Part shown: piece after piece, positions 38,699 to 51,039 of the stretch
Layout: every line of letters begins with the position of its first letter
Numbering within the stretch: position 1 is the stretch's first letter
DNA from: Amoebophrya sp. A120
Lineage: Eukaryota; Protista; Dinoflagellata
Assembly: GCA_905178155.1 (NCBI GenBank)
Contig: CAJINV010000005.1
Span: 8,872,449 to 8,936,448 of the forward strand
Direction of reading: 5' to 3'
Length of the DNA: 64,000 bases
Translations under genes and position numbers: made by a program
The notes under the pieces: model-generated
The model's database searches: none
Told to the model about the DNA's origin: nothing
Seen by the model: only the letters and a program-made list of their open reading frames with translations

Positions 38699-41600
38699 CT
38701 ACGGGCCCGGCTTTTTCTGCTTCGCGGGTTTCTGTCCGGCCTTCCGGCTCGGCCTGGATATGACCGGCAGGTGTTGTTTGCGATTTTTGTTCGTCAGCAA
38801 ATCTTTCTTCCCCATTGTCTTCATCATCTTTACAAGCAGACCGACGGAAACGTAGTGCGCGAGCGCCGCCCGAACCACAGACGCGGAGAAGCGCCGGTAT
38901 TGTCGATAACCTTTCGCGTTTTCGTAACTTGCCCGCGCCGTCGGCTTGATGCCAAGCCCTTTGCCATCCGTTAGAAACGCGGCCAGCTTGACTTCCCCAA
39001 GTTTCCCAAACGGAAGGGATTCGCAGAGGTTCCCGATTTCCGCGGCCTGGCATCTGGTTTCACTGGGATTGCTGTCCTCGAGCGCCTTCCCAAAAGTCGT
39101 TTTGCCCTTGTCCGTGTTGTAGATCATCTTCATCCGGTCAAAACATATGCTGAGATGGTCGGCCATCCGGTGGGCGTTCAAGTTCTTCTCCAAGTCGCCC
39201 TATCAAATCCAAATGTTTCTGGGTCTGGAAGAATGCAAGCTGTGACACTACCTTTGGACGCTAAAACAGCCTGCGTCTTTGCATGAGCAGCAAGAGGGAT
39301 CCACTGGAAAACCCGCCTCTCTACATCAACATAGCAAAGGCTGGGCTCTAGTCCTTTCTACATAGAAAGAACATTTCTCGTGCGGGATAGGCAGCATCAG
39401 CACACCCTAAAAAAATCTGTCACGGAAGCATACAAACATCACGTCTTTGAGCTTTGTCATGCACAACGTGCATGACAAAGCTTTCAGACTTAAAGACCCA
39501 TACACATTTGCATCGCATATGCCTTTGGCGCGCCACTCCTGGCGTTTTTCGTCTATCAGGGTCCAGACATACTTAACACCGTGCTTAGAGTATTTTTGGT
39601 CTGTGGCGGAAAGAACGACGCACGTCTCCGGCAGCATGCTGTGGGAAAGATGTTTCAAAACCTCGAGGAACGCCTTCGCCTTCAATATGGAAGTGTCAGG
39701 GTCGAAATTTACAAAATCGAAAAATTTGCCATGCATAAAATGCATGACGCGAATTCTGTGCGCTGCAGAGCAGGCGAGTGAGGCCGATTTTAGGCCTCTT
39801 TGGGGTTATAGCTCGAGCTGCTAAAGCAGCATGAGGCAGTCAGTCTTCTTTGCCTAAAAACAGCAGCGCAAACTACTGGATTTAGGCACCGCCAGAATTT
39901 GTGACGCGCCATGTAGAGACTGGGCGCGAAGTCAACTGGAATCCATTTGATGCATGGCAAATCAGTTCGATTTTGTCAATTTCGATTCTGACACTTCCAT
40001 ATTCCAGTCGGTCTTCGTATTGTCGCCCGAACTTGCGTATCAAATGCAAACGTGTCTGGGTCTGGGAATTTGTGTTGCTGATGCCAGTACTATAGGGCGG
40101 CCGCTTGTACGGCATAACAGCATATATCTCAAGAAGACTTCTTGAAAGAAATCCGCATGACAGATTCCATTTCTAACGCTGAAGTCCTAAGGCTTTGTTT
40201 GGAGGCAGGTCCGCAAATGGAATTCCTCAGCATTAGAAAGGCAATCTGTAATGTGGATTTGCCTCGAGAATAGGAACTCTGCTTGAGGCAGATCCGCATT
40301 ACAGATTCTATTTCTACTGTTGAAGTCCTAAGCTTTTTTCTTGAGGCTAGTCCGCAAATGGAATTCCTCAGCATTGCAAATGAAATCTGTAATGCGGATT
40401 TGCCTCAAGAAGTCTTCTTGAGACAAATCCCTCAAGAAGTCTTTCTGTTCTTAAGATTTTGCGCCACAGATCCAGACCCAGACATCTCGACAATGCATAG
40501 CACCCCCTTAGTAAACAACCCCTGCAGCGCTGCGACCAGAATTTGCGCAGTTGCGTCCGTGAGCTTGAGGTCCTTCGCCTTTTCGACATCCCATGGCTGG
40601 GCCCGTATCACTTTCGGGTCGGGAATCACCTTCTCCTGGTCATACACCGTCTCGCCCATCGTGACTCGCTTGCTGTCCGGCTTCAATTCCTTGGTGCCAA
40701 GGATTACAAGCCGCGGGGCGCCGTCGTCCCTCTTCGCTCTCGTCGCCGCGGGCTCCTTTTTTTGCTCGCGGGACACGCTCCCGGCGGTTGGGTTTAGTAC
40801 CGCGTACGAGTGTTCACAGATACCGATGAGTTGCTGTCGCGGGTTCGACGATATGACGATGGGTTTCTCGTCCTCCAACAATCCGGGTATCAAAATGAAA
40901 AACCCCCCTACCCATATTGAAGCGTAGACTTCTGCTGCTGAATTTGTGTACACACCTGCCTTGCAACGAGGCACTGCAGGCAAAGCCTCAGGCTGCGACG
41001 GGTTGTTTCTGTGCAGGCGCTCATCATAGCAGAGACCTTCAATGTAGGCATAACAGCATACACAAATCGCCGGCATAGAGCGCCGGACTCTTTGCATTTG
41101 CCCCCTTGCAAGAACGACAGGGCTTGTGGTCACAAATCAGCATTACAAATTTTTAGCAGGATGGCTGTTCAGCATGGGGAGGGGGGAGATTTCCCCACGA
41201 TACCTGGCCGAACATGTACACAGACAAGCTGATGGAACATCTGATACCAAAAATCCACCGTGATGGCGTCTGCTGTGTCGGTGGTGTCTGTGTTCTTCAG
41301 GTCAAAATGCAGGCCCTTGTTGATCTGTTCCCAAGCGAATTGCCGCAGTTCCTCCCAGTTCTTGCATTTTCCTCGAGCCCCTCCAACAATTGCCTGGTGC
41401 AAAATCTTATGCATGACCGGATGCTTGTCCTTCATCCCCTCCTTCTCCCACTGGGTCGGGCAGTGAAACCGGGGGAGCGTCACGAATTTCTGGTCGCCTA
41501 ACTTGGTCTCACACACGTACTATCCTGAGCAAAAGCGCCTCCATCCGAGAGTCGAGGAGATGGAGATCTCGCAACACAGGTCGAGAAGTTTTGGGAGTGA

Positions 41601-43099
41601 AGCGTGACGAGTAGTCCGTCTCTGTACTTGTAGTACAATTTAGCGAGTACATATTACCGCACCAAACATTCATCCTCTCATCCACATCCTGTTTGTCGCA
41701 TTACAAAGTCCACGACACGACTGGAACTGCCGCAACACGTGGAAACTCGCACTATAATGCGTTTATTTTGCAACAATAGCTGCTGCTGCACTACTGAACG
41801 ACAGCCCTGGGGAGGGGGCGCCTTTCCTCAACGTAAGTACTTCTTCTCATCCTGCTGCTCCGCCCATAAGGATAACCACTGCCGAACCTGGGTCACGTTT
41901 GGGTGCTTCGCCTGCGAACCGGCCGGAGCGGTGTCGGTTTTGTTCCAATGGCGGTTAGTCGGGCGCATCTCACCAGCGATGAACTTGCCCTTGGGGTGCG
42001 GGATGTCGCAGAGGAACTTGTCGATGTTGATCTGGAACAGGTGTGGCTTGTCGGGGTGCTGCGTCATCAGGCCCATCGCCTTATCCCTTGCTAATGTGCC
42101 GAGGGGGTAGGATAGGCCCAAACCCTGCCTGCGGGCCGCTGCTGGCGCAGCTTTTTGCATTTTTGCTGCAGTGAATGAAGCTGCCCCGCTTTGGGCCCAT
42201 TTTTCCGCCCTCATGGAATTCTGGGCCGGGCGCGCAAGAATTCCACGCAAATTTTCCTGGTTCTGGCGCGAGCCCGGCGCCTACAAGAGCCAGGCACTGT
42301 TTTCCCAAAAGAGCCGCTGGCCCTCGCAGTACGCCTGGCTCTTTTGGTGGTCCGGATTTCGATACAGCTCCAAAAGTTTGGAGCTGTATCGAAGCCCGGA
42401 CCAACACAAGACCCAGTAAATGTCATGCACATTTGTCATGACAAATCCGGAACCCCCACAAGCAGGCGCCCGGGCTCCTGCGGATTTGGGACGCGACTTG
42501 CATCCCAAATCCCGCCAAGAGCAGCGGGGGCCCGCACTCTCCTCCCGCGAGCTGCGGGGGGTGGACCTTTCGCAATTTCTCCCTGTGCGAAAGCCCGACA
42601 GCCCCACCTCCCGCGAGCGGGAACTGAAACTCTCGCCGGAAGCTATTCCCCTGGCGAACGTGCGAACAGCCCAGCTCCCTCGAGCGGGAGCTGGAACCTT
42701 CCCAGTTTTCCTCCATGCAAAAGCCCGGCAGCTCCACCTCCCGCGAGCGGGGGATGGGACTTTCGCAGTTTTCCCCGATGCGAAAACCCGAAGCCCCCAC
42801 TTCCCGCGAGCGGGAACTGGAACTTTCGCAGCTTTTCCGCTTGCGAACATGCGAAAGGCCCAGCTCCCTCGAGCGGGCATTGGAAGGAGCTCTACTCACA
42901 GCTTTCCCCTATGCGAAAGCCCGAGAGCCTCACTCTCCTCCCACGAGCGAGAGCGGGGACGCTCGCAGCCTTTCCCCTTGCGAACGCGCGAACGCCCCAG
43001 CCCGCCCTTGGTTCTTTCCAACCTGAACGCCGCAGCCGATTCACAACCAGCCCCCCACGTCTTGCAGCGCTTTTCATTTTCTTCAAAAGCGGGGCCCAT
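38699..43099 (-). CDS. Hypothetical protein (~584 aa), 7 exons, one GT-AG intron and five introners
   Basis: Exons 43099-43023, 42128-41836, 41515-41203, 40882-40500, 40032-40002, 39680-39520, 39195-38699 total 1755 nt and read open. The start is uncertain because a protein-like frame continues upstream (43083-43399) in another phase. Confidence 0.7.
39201..39519. mobile_element. Introner, family A
   Basis: tatcaaatccaaatgtttctgggtctggaa / agacccatacacatttgcatcgcata; flanks cgccc/tgcct. Confidence 0.85.
39686..40001. mobile_element. Introner, family H (TIR TATGGAAGTGTCAG..TCGAAATT)
   Basis: tatggaagtgtcagggtcgaaatt / aatttcgattctgacacttccata; DR ttcaa/ttcca. Confidence 0.9.
40038..40499. 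mobile_element. Introner, family A ends with internal tandem duplication
   Basis: Family A TIRs; gtccgcaaatggaattcctcagcatt repeated at ~40209 and ~40350. Confidence 0.82.
40888..41202. mobile_element. Introner, family C
   Basis: tatcaaaatgaaaaacccccct / ggggagggggga...cgata; DR ccggg/cctgg. Confidence 0.85.
41521..41835. mobile_element. Introner, family D-like, degenerate
   Basis: tatcctgagcaaaagcgcctcc / gggggcgcctttcctcaacgta; DR cgtac/agtac. Confidence 0.75.
42500..43000. repeat. ~59-bp minisatellite inside the GT-AG intron 42129-43022
   Basis: Repeated ctcccgcgagcggg...ggaactttcgcag.tttccc..tgcgaa. Confidence 0.85.
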
Positions 43100-44279
43100 T
43101 AATAAGCACAGTCGCGCGCGTCTTCACGCAAACGCCCACCCGCAGCAGCCGCAAGGCCTCGCCCCTGCTCAGCGCAGAACCAAAAACACCCCCGCCCGCT
43201 CGGCACAATTGCGGGAGATAATCCACAAGCGCCGCCCACTCCGCGCGCTCGAGTGCCAGGAGAGATTCCAGCAGAGTGGCGTACTTCAGGAACTCTTTCG
43301 AAGTCCCTTCGCACCACTTCTGCCAGAATCTCTCCGCGCACTGCGATTCCGTATGCTTAAAGAAAACGCCCAAAGGGCTAGCGTTAACATTTTCGCCACC
43401 TAAGAGAGGCCAACTAGGACAAGAGTCGATAGATATAGATAGATAGATTACCCAGCAAGGGGTTAAAAGGAGCAAAACTGTTGTCGAGACAATTTCACTC
43501 TTGGTTGTTTTTTATCTATAGTTTTCTTACTTACTACTCTACGCTGTTGCGGCCTCTTCCGTGAAGCTGTGAATTTGCAGAGGAGAAAACTCAGCAGCTG
43601 GTGGAAATGCTTTCGTTGCGTCTTAGTGGTGTTACGTGCCGGCGTTTGGTTGTCCAGGGAACCATCAACCATAGAACTAAAGGCTTCTAAATCGCATACA
43701 GGTCGGGGGGCTAGTGATTATTTTCCGAAGGACCCAAGAGAAAAGAAGATCTTGTGCGCTTTTTTTTTTTCGTTGCGAAAGCGGTAGCAAATGCCTCTAA
43801 ACCGTGTACAGCTCGGGGAGATAGTGATTATTCTTTTCATCGTAACGCTGCAGGATCTTTCTTCTTATTTTTGTGCTCTAAGTCCGCCGGTGTAAATCTG
43901 CGATTTTGTTCGAAAAGCCTATGTGAAAAACAGTAAATAGCCATTTTAGCTCGGCGGGTTTAGGACTTTATTTTTTGCTCTAGTTTTTCAAACGCAGACA
44001 TTTCCTAGTGCTTCCCGTTTACGCCTATAATCCCTCGACTCTTTGTTGTAAAGTTGTGCGAAAAGGTGGAAAAAACAAGAGAAAACAACACAAACCACCT
44101 TGATCGTGCAGAAAGATCGCCGGTTTTTAAGCGTAAACTGCGAGACGCGGCGCGAGGTGAAAATTGACAAGACGCATCTTCTACCTACTTCGAGAGCAAA
44201 ATGGCTGGGCGTTTGAGAATCTCTATAGGCTGAGAACGTCTATAGCGTTTTTAGAAGTTCTATAATATTTTTTTTTTTT

Positions 44280-44379
44280 NNNNNNNNNNNNNNNNNNNNN
44301 NNNNNNNNNNNNNNNNNNNNNNNNNNNNNNNNNNNNNNNNNNNNNNNNNNNNNNNNNNNNNNNNNNNNNNNNNNNNNNN
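44280..44379. other. Assembly gap
   Basis: 100 N. Confidence 1.
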
Positions 44380-44384
44380 AAAAA

Positions 44385-44912
44385 AAAAAATGCTAACGCT
44401 AACACTTTCACTATTCAAATTCAAACTTTTGTCATGATTTTCGGCGTTTTTTTTCATTTTTCATGCCAAAAAATACATTATTGTAGCTGCTCGAAATAGA
44501 ACCCACGGACAACTAGCTGGATTGATAAGCTATTGTTGGCAACTAGCTAGGCTAAGGTCTGCCGGCGCGGCGGACGTGAAGGTGCGAAGATCCGGGCTAT
44601 GAAGGAGCAGCTCCGCGAAGATCCGGCTCTGGGCGTGCCCTCGGCCCCATCTGGGGCCGAGGGAGCGACTAGGACATTCTGGCTTCGTGAAGGTCGGGTC
44701 GAGTATGCCACTTTTCGGACGGAAGCGCGACGGACTCCGAGACCTTAGCCTAGCTAGCTCAAAACATAAGCGACATCATTTAGCTAGTTGTCCGTGGGTT
44801 GATATGCATTGGATTACGCATTGAATACAATTCGAGCGCAAAAGTTGACTTTTTTTCGTCAAGAAATGAGCTGAGGTTTTAGATAGTGAAAGCGTTAGCG
44901 TTAGCATTTTTT
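44385..44912. mobile_element. Foldback/MITE-like element with three nested inverted-repeat pairs
   Basis: Pairs 44385-44414/44883-44912, 44500-44518/44782-44800 (perfect 19 bp), 44543-44560/44740-44757 (perfect 18 bp). Confidence 0.75.
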
Positions 44913-46882
44913 GGATAAGTCTGCGCCTGGGTTCGCTGTTGGGCTCGTTCATTGCGGCGCGCATAACCCGCCTTTGCTTCCGTTCGTTGGCCGTGGTGGT
45001 CTTCTTGGTTCTGCCCTGCATGTAGTCCTCGAGGATCTTTATATTGTGTTAATTTAAAAATTTTTGCTACAGATCGATATGGAGAGGAAATAGATGTTCA
45101 TACGAGCTGATTTACGTTGCAATACCACCACGGCGTGGCTCAGATCGATCGCCCTTGCAGGGGCGCAGCCTGCGCCCCGAGAGGCCTGGACAGCCGCAGC
45201 ACTGCGACACTGAAGCCACTTCATTAGCATTTCCCCCAAAAACAGGGGGAATTTTAAAATTTTAATTGCCAAGGGGGCGCGCGACATCGCGATTTTTCAA
45301 ATTTTGCGATAGTCCCCCCTACTTCGGGGACCTCGTTTTACCGTTTTTCACAGCAGGAAGAGCACGCGAGGCCGGCCGACCCCGGCCACGAAACCTGCTG
45401 GCAGGTGCATTCATCTTTCCCCCCTAGAGGTGAAATCACGCTCGTCAGAATCTACATTGGCTACTCGAGCCTGGTAGGGCAAAGCCCTGTCGAGGCCCCA
45501 TCTGAGGCTTTCAGTGTCTAAACATGGGCGCCCTCTGCCGCCCATTCTGTTTCTTCCTCGCGCGCATGGGAGCTCTGTCCCATGACTAACAAGCGCGCGC
45601 TGCCGCTATCGGAGGAGTTTCCCCATGCAGTCTTTATCAATATGCTTCTGTCGGTGTCGCCATCCGCATCAGATACACTCTGAAGATGACGACGCCGTAG
45701 CCAGGATCCTCCCGCCCGTGGCTGGCGGCTAGATCGGAACTCACGGCCGAACATCGTTGGGGGAACTGGCACTATTTTTAGCCAATTAGGAGCGCGCGAC
45801 TTTACCAAAGAAAAACTTCGATCCCGGTACATCAGGACCTGGGCCCATTTAATGCCGATTCTTCTGATCGTTTTCAAGCAATTTGGCGTCTTTCAGAGGC
45901 TCAACCAATCGCGCGAAAACGCATCTTACGATGCGACTCCTAGATGCGAGAGGGCAGCGCTTGCTGCGCTCGACGCGCACGTGCGCGCGCGACTCTTCGC
46001 GCCTGCGCACGTGCTAGAGGCGATCGATCTTGCGACTAAAATTAGCCATAATCTAACAAGTGAAGCGAGAGCTTTTATATATTGTTCGCATGTTTCCACA
46101 AATGCTTTGTATAGGTTTTGTTACCCGTTTGCTTTTTGCCTGCTATTATCTTTTGCGCAGTTATGCACTACACGACATCACTTGCCTCTTCTTAAATTTT
46201 ACGAATATTTTTGCATGCTTTACCTCTTTCCCTTCGGACAGATCCGAAGACTTTCGCCGCCGTTTTCCCGCTGCGGGTTTATTCGGTGGAAAAACACCCC
46301 CACCGCCGCGCTCGCTGTGCTAGCTCGCGACTATAGTGCGCCTGTGAATAATACTCCCGGTTGGGCTCTGGGGTGCTAGCAAAGCACGGAAAGCCTCCGA
46401 GCTTCCCAGCCCGCGGCGAGACCAGGGGGCGGGGGCGTTTTTCCTCTTCCTAAAATATCTCCCGAGCGCACGACGCCAGGCCCGGGCTAGTCGTCGGGAC
46501 TGGTCTCGACATGGCTATAATAATTCTAGTGCTCTTTATTATGTGCTCTGGTCGGTCAGCGCATTTTATTTACTGATAGCGTATTCTAGTCAATCAGGTC
46601 TATTTATAGCATATTCTAGGTAGCCATGGTAGTTTCATGATGCTCATCTTCTTCCGCCCCCACCGAACCGCAAACCGTTTCAGCTTCCTCCCCACGTTCG
46701 CGCCTGCGCCCGATGCTGCGCCAGTGCCGGGGGTTTGGGCGGGATCGGCAGATTTTTGGGCGGGATCGGCTGTTGGCTGCGGAGATTTCTTTTCCTGCGG
46801 ATAAAGATATCAGACTTTAGGTCTGGTAAAAACGCCTTGGCCAGCTTCTGTGCCTTCGACTGCAGCTCCGGCTCCTTCCAGA

Positions 46883-49800
46883 TTAGGCGACCAACAAAAT
46901 CGGCGAAGGCCTTGTGCTGCGTCTGCTGATGCTGGTGCAACGATCCGGAGTGCGAGCTTCTGCCAGGTAAAGGTATCCAGGGGTCAGCTCAGGAGCTGGC
47001 TTGAAGGAGGATCCACTTCCGGGCATCGTTCCTGCGCCTGCTTTCATAAAGTTGTTACCCATCATGATACTCCCAGGTCCACCACCAGATGATAGAAAGC
47101 CGCCCGCCGCGCCACCGCCGCCGGCAGGCAAGAAAGACGTCGACGCTCCACTTCCGCCTCCGCCCCCGCCGATCATCGCGTCCTCAGTGGCAGATTGGGA
47201 CTTGTGGACCAGGGACAATATTATCTGCACCAGTTTCAAGCCGAACATGAGGAGCACCGGTTTGATTTTCTGGAAACATGCAAGGACCACCATAACAAAT
47301 TGCACGCATCCTTGTGCCAGACCCGGACATATCCTACGCAAAACAAGCATCATTGAAGTCACGCATTGCAAACGTTTGCTTTTTCTCAAGGTTAAGGTAA
47401 ATCAGCATTACAAATTCTATGTCTCATTCTGAGGAAATAATTTGTAGAGCATTTATACGATACTTATTTTGCAGCTCCTAGGAAGGACATACTTGCAGTT
47501 GATAAACCGACCGCGCGGGCAATCGCAAGGACTCTTCCGGCAACTTGTTCCTCGTGCCGTTCCCGCATCTTCGCCAAAAGTCCTTTCGCGCGATTTGGTG
47601 AGTGCCCAAACTTGCAGTTTTGCGCCAAAAAAGCCAGCTGCCACAGCTTCAACCGCCACCCTCGAGCGGATGCGGCATCGCGCTTCGCTTCCGCCGACTA
47701 TGAGAGTGCACAACCCCCCCTACCCCTCATCTGCAGAGCATGAACAGCAATACAAACGCCAGCACGTGTGCATGCTGTGCATGACAACCTTATGCACAGA
47801 CTGATGTGCTGTTTGGGATTTCTGAATTTGTCATGCAAACAGTTCTACAAGGCAGCAGCTGGATGGGGGATTTTGCATTACAAATGAGAGGGAGAGGGAG
47901 TTGCGCACTTCCATATTATTCGGAAGTGTTTGTCCAGTGGTCGCGGATACCGGAGAATTTTTCCAGAACCTCGCGCGCCAGAATTCCCCCCCAGAGACGT
48001 TTATGCAATGCTAATTTGTTTGCATCTGAAAGATTCTGAGACTTGTCATGCACGTTTTGCATGAGCTGAAATGTTTCTGTCTGTAATGCATCCCGTAGCA
48101 CCACAGATCTTTTGAGGGCTTCTTGATACCTATTCCGCATGACAAATGCCGTGCTCCCTGGAATTCGGCATGACAAATGCTTACTCCGCATGACAAATGC
48201 CTACAGATTTTTTTGGAATCCAAACGCAGCTTTACAAGTTGCGTTCTCCCAGACCCAGATATATTTGCGGGCGATATCGCTGCGTTCTCTTGCGTTGTTG
48301 CTCCGTTTCAGAACCTCGGCCAGCGAAGAGGGGAAACAGACGAAATCACTCGCGGAGGAGCTGCTGGAGGTGCTCGTCCCTGTGATAGAACTCGCAGCGC
48401 CCGTCGAACTCACTTCCATACTCGTACTCCCACCCGTGCCGGTCGAAAATCCAGCTCTACCCCCGCCCGGGCCGGTGCCTATATTTGCAGTGCATACCTC
48501 CCCGTCGGAACCAAAAGCGGCGTTGAAGGCCGGCTTGTAGAACAGAATGCCCCCCGGGATGAATGCACTTCCGTAGAGGCAAAGTTTGAAGGAGAGTGTG
48601 CCCTCCTCGAGGTTCACGGCGTGCACGTCTTCTTTCTGGTACAACTTTATCGTTCCCGAAGTCACCTCGGCGTTGAGCCCGCGCGCAACGTTGTTCATGT
48701 CAGTGCCAGCACGTCGGCTGCTGGCGCCCCGACCTGCGCCCATGTGTGTGCCTCCTGCTGCGAAGGCGGAAGTGCTCGGACCGCCGAACAGCGAGCTGGC
48801 GCCCAGCCCGAGAGACTGCTCCAATGGTCCGCCGGTATGCAAGAAAAAAACTGTGTAAGTGTAAACTTGTGTTGCAGAAGATGCAACAGAGTTACACCTG
48901 TCATGCCAGACAGCCACGAAGTCCTCTTTTCATGTTTGTTTTCCTTTGCAAACCATGCATAACAGGTTTTTTCTGTCATGTAGAGCAAATTTGTGACGCT
49001 GTTCCTCAAACAAAGTTACACTTTCACACTTTTTTTCCTGGATAGCCGGCGAGCACCATGTAGTGAATCGGAAACGGCAAATTGGAACGCAGCTGGATCG
49101 TCGGCTGCAGAAACAGGGTCGACTGCACGACAGAGCCACTACGGTCCTGCAAGGGGAGCTGTTCGCAGTCGAGCGTGGCATTATCAACTGCAAAAATGTC
49201 TGGGTCTGGAAGGATGCGAATTTGTGATGTGTGTTGCGGATCATAGAGAAATCAGTGTTGCGTGACTTGCAAAAGGTCCCCATTTCTGGCCATGCTGAGA
49301 GGGTATCTCTCATGCAGTATAGGCATCACCAAGGGTCTGCAGAACCTGTGACGCGAGGCCCTGCATTCCAGATTTGGTGGAACTTGGAAAAACTGCATGA
49401 CAAATCTCGGAATCTTCGAGACCCAGACATTATAGGCATACATGTGGAACCACTCCGGTTCTTCCTGCTGTTTCATGTTTCGCCGGGCGCCGGGAGCTAT
49501 GCAAGAAAAAAATTATGTGAGTGTACGTCTGTGATGCAGGAAGTGCTACTCTACTCGTCATGCTGCACCCGCGTCATAGGCTACTTTAATACCTGTTTCC
49601 ATGTACTAGCGTGCGCATGACAGATTTCTCTGTAATGCAAAACGAACTTGTGATGCTGCTCTTCCTACAAAGTTACACATACACAGTTTTTTTCCTGGAT
49701 AGGAACGCTGTCCTCGTCGTCACTGTCGTTATCCTGTGCAAAAGTATCGTGCTCGTATGGCAATCATGCATTACAAATCTCTTTTTTAAGGGAAACCCGC

Positions 49801-51039
49801 ATTACAAATTTCACTTCTCATGCTGAGGAAATTTGATGTAATGCATTTATACGAGTACGATACTTTTGCAGTCCATAGTCGTCGCTGCTGGTCGATATCC
49901 AAGAAAAAAATTATGCTCTGTGTGAAATGTTGCAAGACAAAGAAACTTTTGCACTCGTCGTGATGCTGAGTATCCTCGTCGTAGTTACATTTCATGTGCA
50001 AGGGAAGCACTACAAAGCTCCTCTTGTGTATGTTGCGAATAAAGTTAAGTACTCACGACACTACTAAACACAGCTTGCTCATTTTGGATTTCATTTTCCT
50101 GGATAATCGAGGACGAGGAAACATTTTCCGATCCCCTTTCCTATTAAATGCAAAAGTGTCTGGGTCTGGAAGGTTCTGAGACTTGTCATACACATTTTGC
50201 ATGAGCCATGATGTCTGTGATGCATGCCCTAGCATCACAGATTTTTTCGGGGCTTCTTGATGCCTATTCCGCATGANNNNNNNNNNNNNNNNNNNNNNNN
50301 NNNNNNNNNNNNNNNNNNNNNNNNNNNNNNNNNNNNNNNNNNNNNNNNNNNNNNNNNNNNNNNNNNNNNNNNNNNNCAGAGGGACTGGCTCCTGGTGGTC
50401 CTTGGTTCTTTTTGAAGGCCACATTATTTTTTTCCTCATACAACCGTACCTCCGGGTGTTGTGCTGTTGCCTTTTCTCCTCCTCCTCCGCGTGAGGTCAC
50501 GCTGCTGTCCCCTTCCAGTATCCCGCGAAAAAGCGTCCCCAGCTCGTAGTTGTCATGCAAATCTGCATGCGTAAAATGTTTCTCATGCGGAGCCCCATGC
50601 GAGTCATTTTCTAGTCGTTTTTTGGAATTTGTGACGCTTCGATCGGCATAGTGTGCTGAATCTGTGACGCTGCTGAGCTAACTAGTACACAGGACTACAC
50701 TACGAGGCCAGACCTGTCATGCGCAACAACCAAAGCTCGCCGATTTGTCTAGCAGATTTCCCTTCTTGACTCTGGAGTGAGTACGTTTTCCTTCAGGATA
50801 TCCAGAAAAAAATTGTTCGCGTTTGATAAGCTGTCCTGGTCGTCAAAGTCCTCGTCTAGCCTCGGCAGGGCAAACCGTTCCAACGGCGAAGCCCGCTTGT
50901 TCGGCTCGAATTTCTTGGATTTTTTCCCGAAAATAAACGAGGTTCTGCCCGAGGAGGAGGAGTGGGAAGTCGTCGAAGAGGAGGTGTTGGATGTCGATTG
51001 GTTGTGGGAGGAAGGGTTGGTGGACGAGGAGCCGACCAT
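46883..51039 (-). CDS. G/S-rich hypothetical protein split by at least 9 introners and a gap
   Basis: Starts MVGSSSTNPSS. From 48835 to the stop at 46883 the frame stays open when 48002-48276, 47699-47915 and 47330-47480 are each removed with 5 nt. The middle part contains micro-exons and an N gap and was not fully phased. Confidence 0.6.
47330..47480. mobile_element. Introner, family B, degenerate
   Basis: tatcctacgcaaaac / tacgatacttattttgcag; frame restored on removal. Confidence 0.65.
47699..47915. mobile_element. Introner, family E
   Basis: tatgagagtgcacaacccccc / gggagttgcgcacttccata; flanks ccgac/ttatt are unrelated. Confidence 0.85.
48002..48276. mobile_element. Introner, family A
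   Basis: Reverse-orientation relative of 1211-1472; internal gcatgacaaatgc triplicated. Confidence 0.82.
48836..49044. mobile_element. Introner, family I (TIR TAT.CA.GAAAAAAA)
   Basis: tatgcaagaaaaaaactgtg / cacactttttttcctggata; perfect DR gccgg. Confidence 0.9.
49182..49434. mobile_element. Introner, family A, shortened right TIR
   Basis: tatcaactgcaaaaatgtctgggtctgg / agacccagacattata; DR ggcat on both sides. Confidence 0.75.
49498..49701. mobile_element. Introner, family I
   Basis: Similar to 48836-49044; DR ggagc/ggaac. Confidence 0.9.
49730..49877. mobile_element. Introner, family B
   Basis: tgcaaaagtatcgtgctcgtat / atacgagtacgatacttttgca; perfect DR gtcgt. Confidence 0.92.
49896..50105. 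mobile_element. Introner, family I
   Basis: tatccaagaaaa / ttttcctggata; DR gtcga/atcga. Confidence 0.82.
50142..50276. mobile_element. Introner, family A, truncated by gap
   Basis: Closely matches the first half of 60673-60935. Confidence 0.85.
50277..50376. other. Assembly gap
   Basis: 100 N. Confidence 1.

Noticed and set aside
38699-43099. This protein as the introner transposase or recombinase
   Set aside because: No DDE or R-H-R-Y pattern that I can support, and no enclosing TIRs. A profile search is needed.
42191-43403. Long plus-strand ORFs of 303 and 327 aa
   Set aside because: They run through a GC-rich minisatellite and antisense to a minus-strand gene; the translations are repetitive.
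43938-44206. Dinoflagellate spliced-leader-like hits (TAGCCATTTTAGCTC at 43938; reverse AGCCATTTTGCTC near 44194-44206)
   Set aside because: Partial and mismatched, lacking the CAAG end and any downstream SL-RNA donor. Could be chance.
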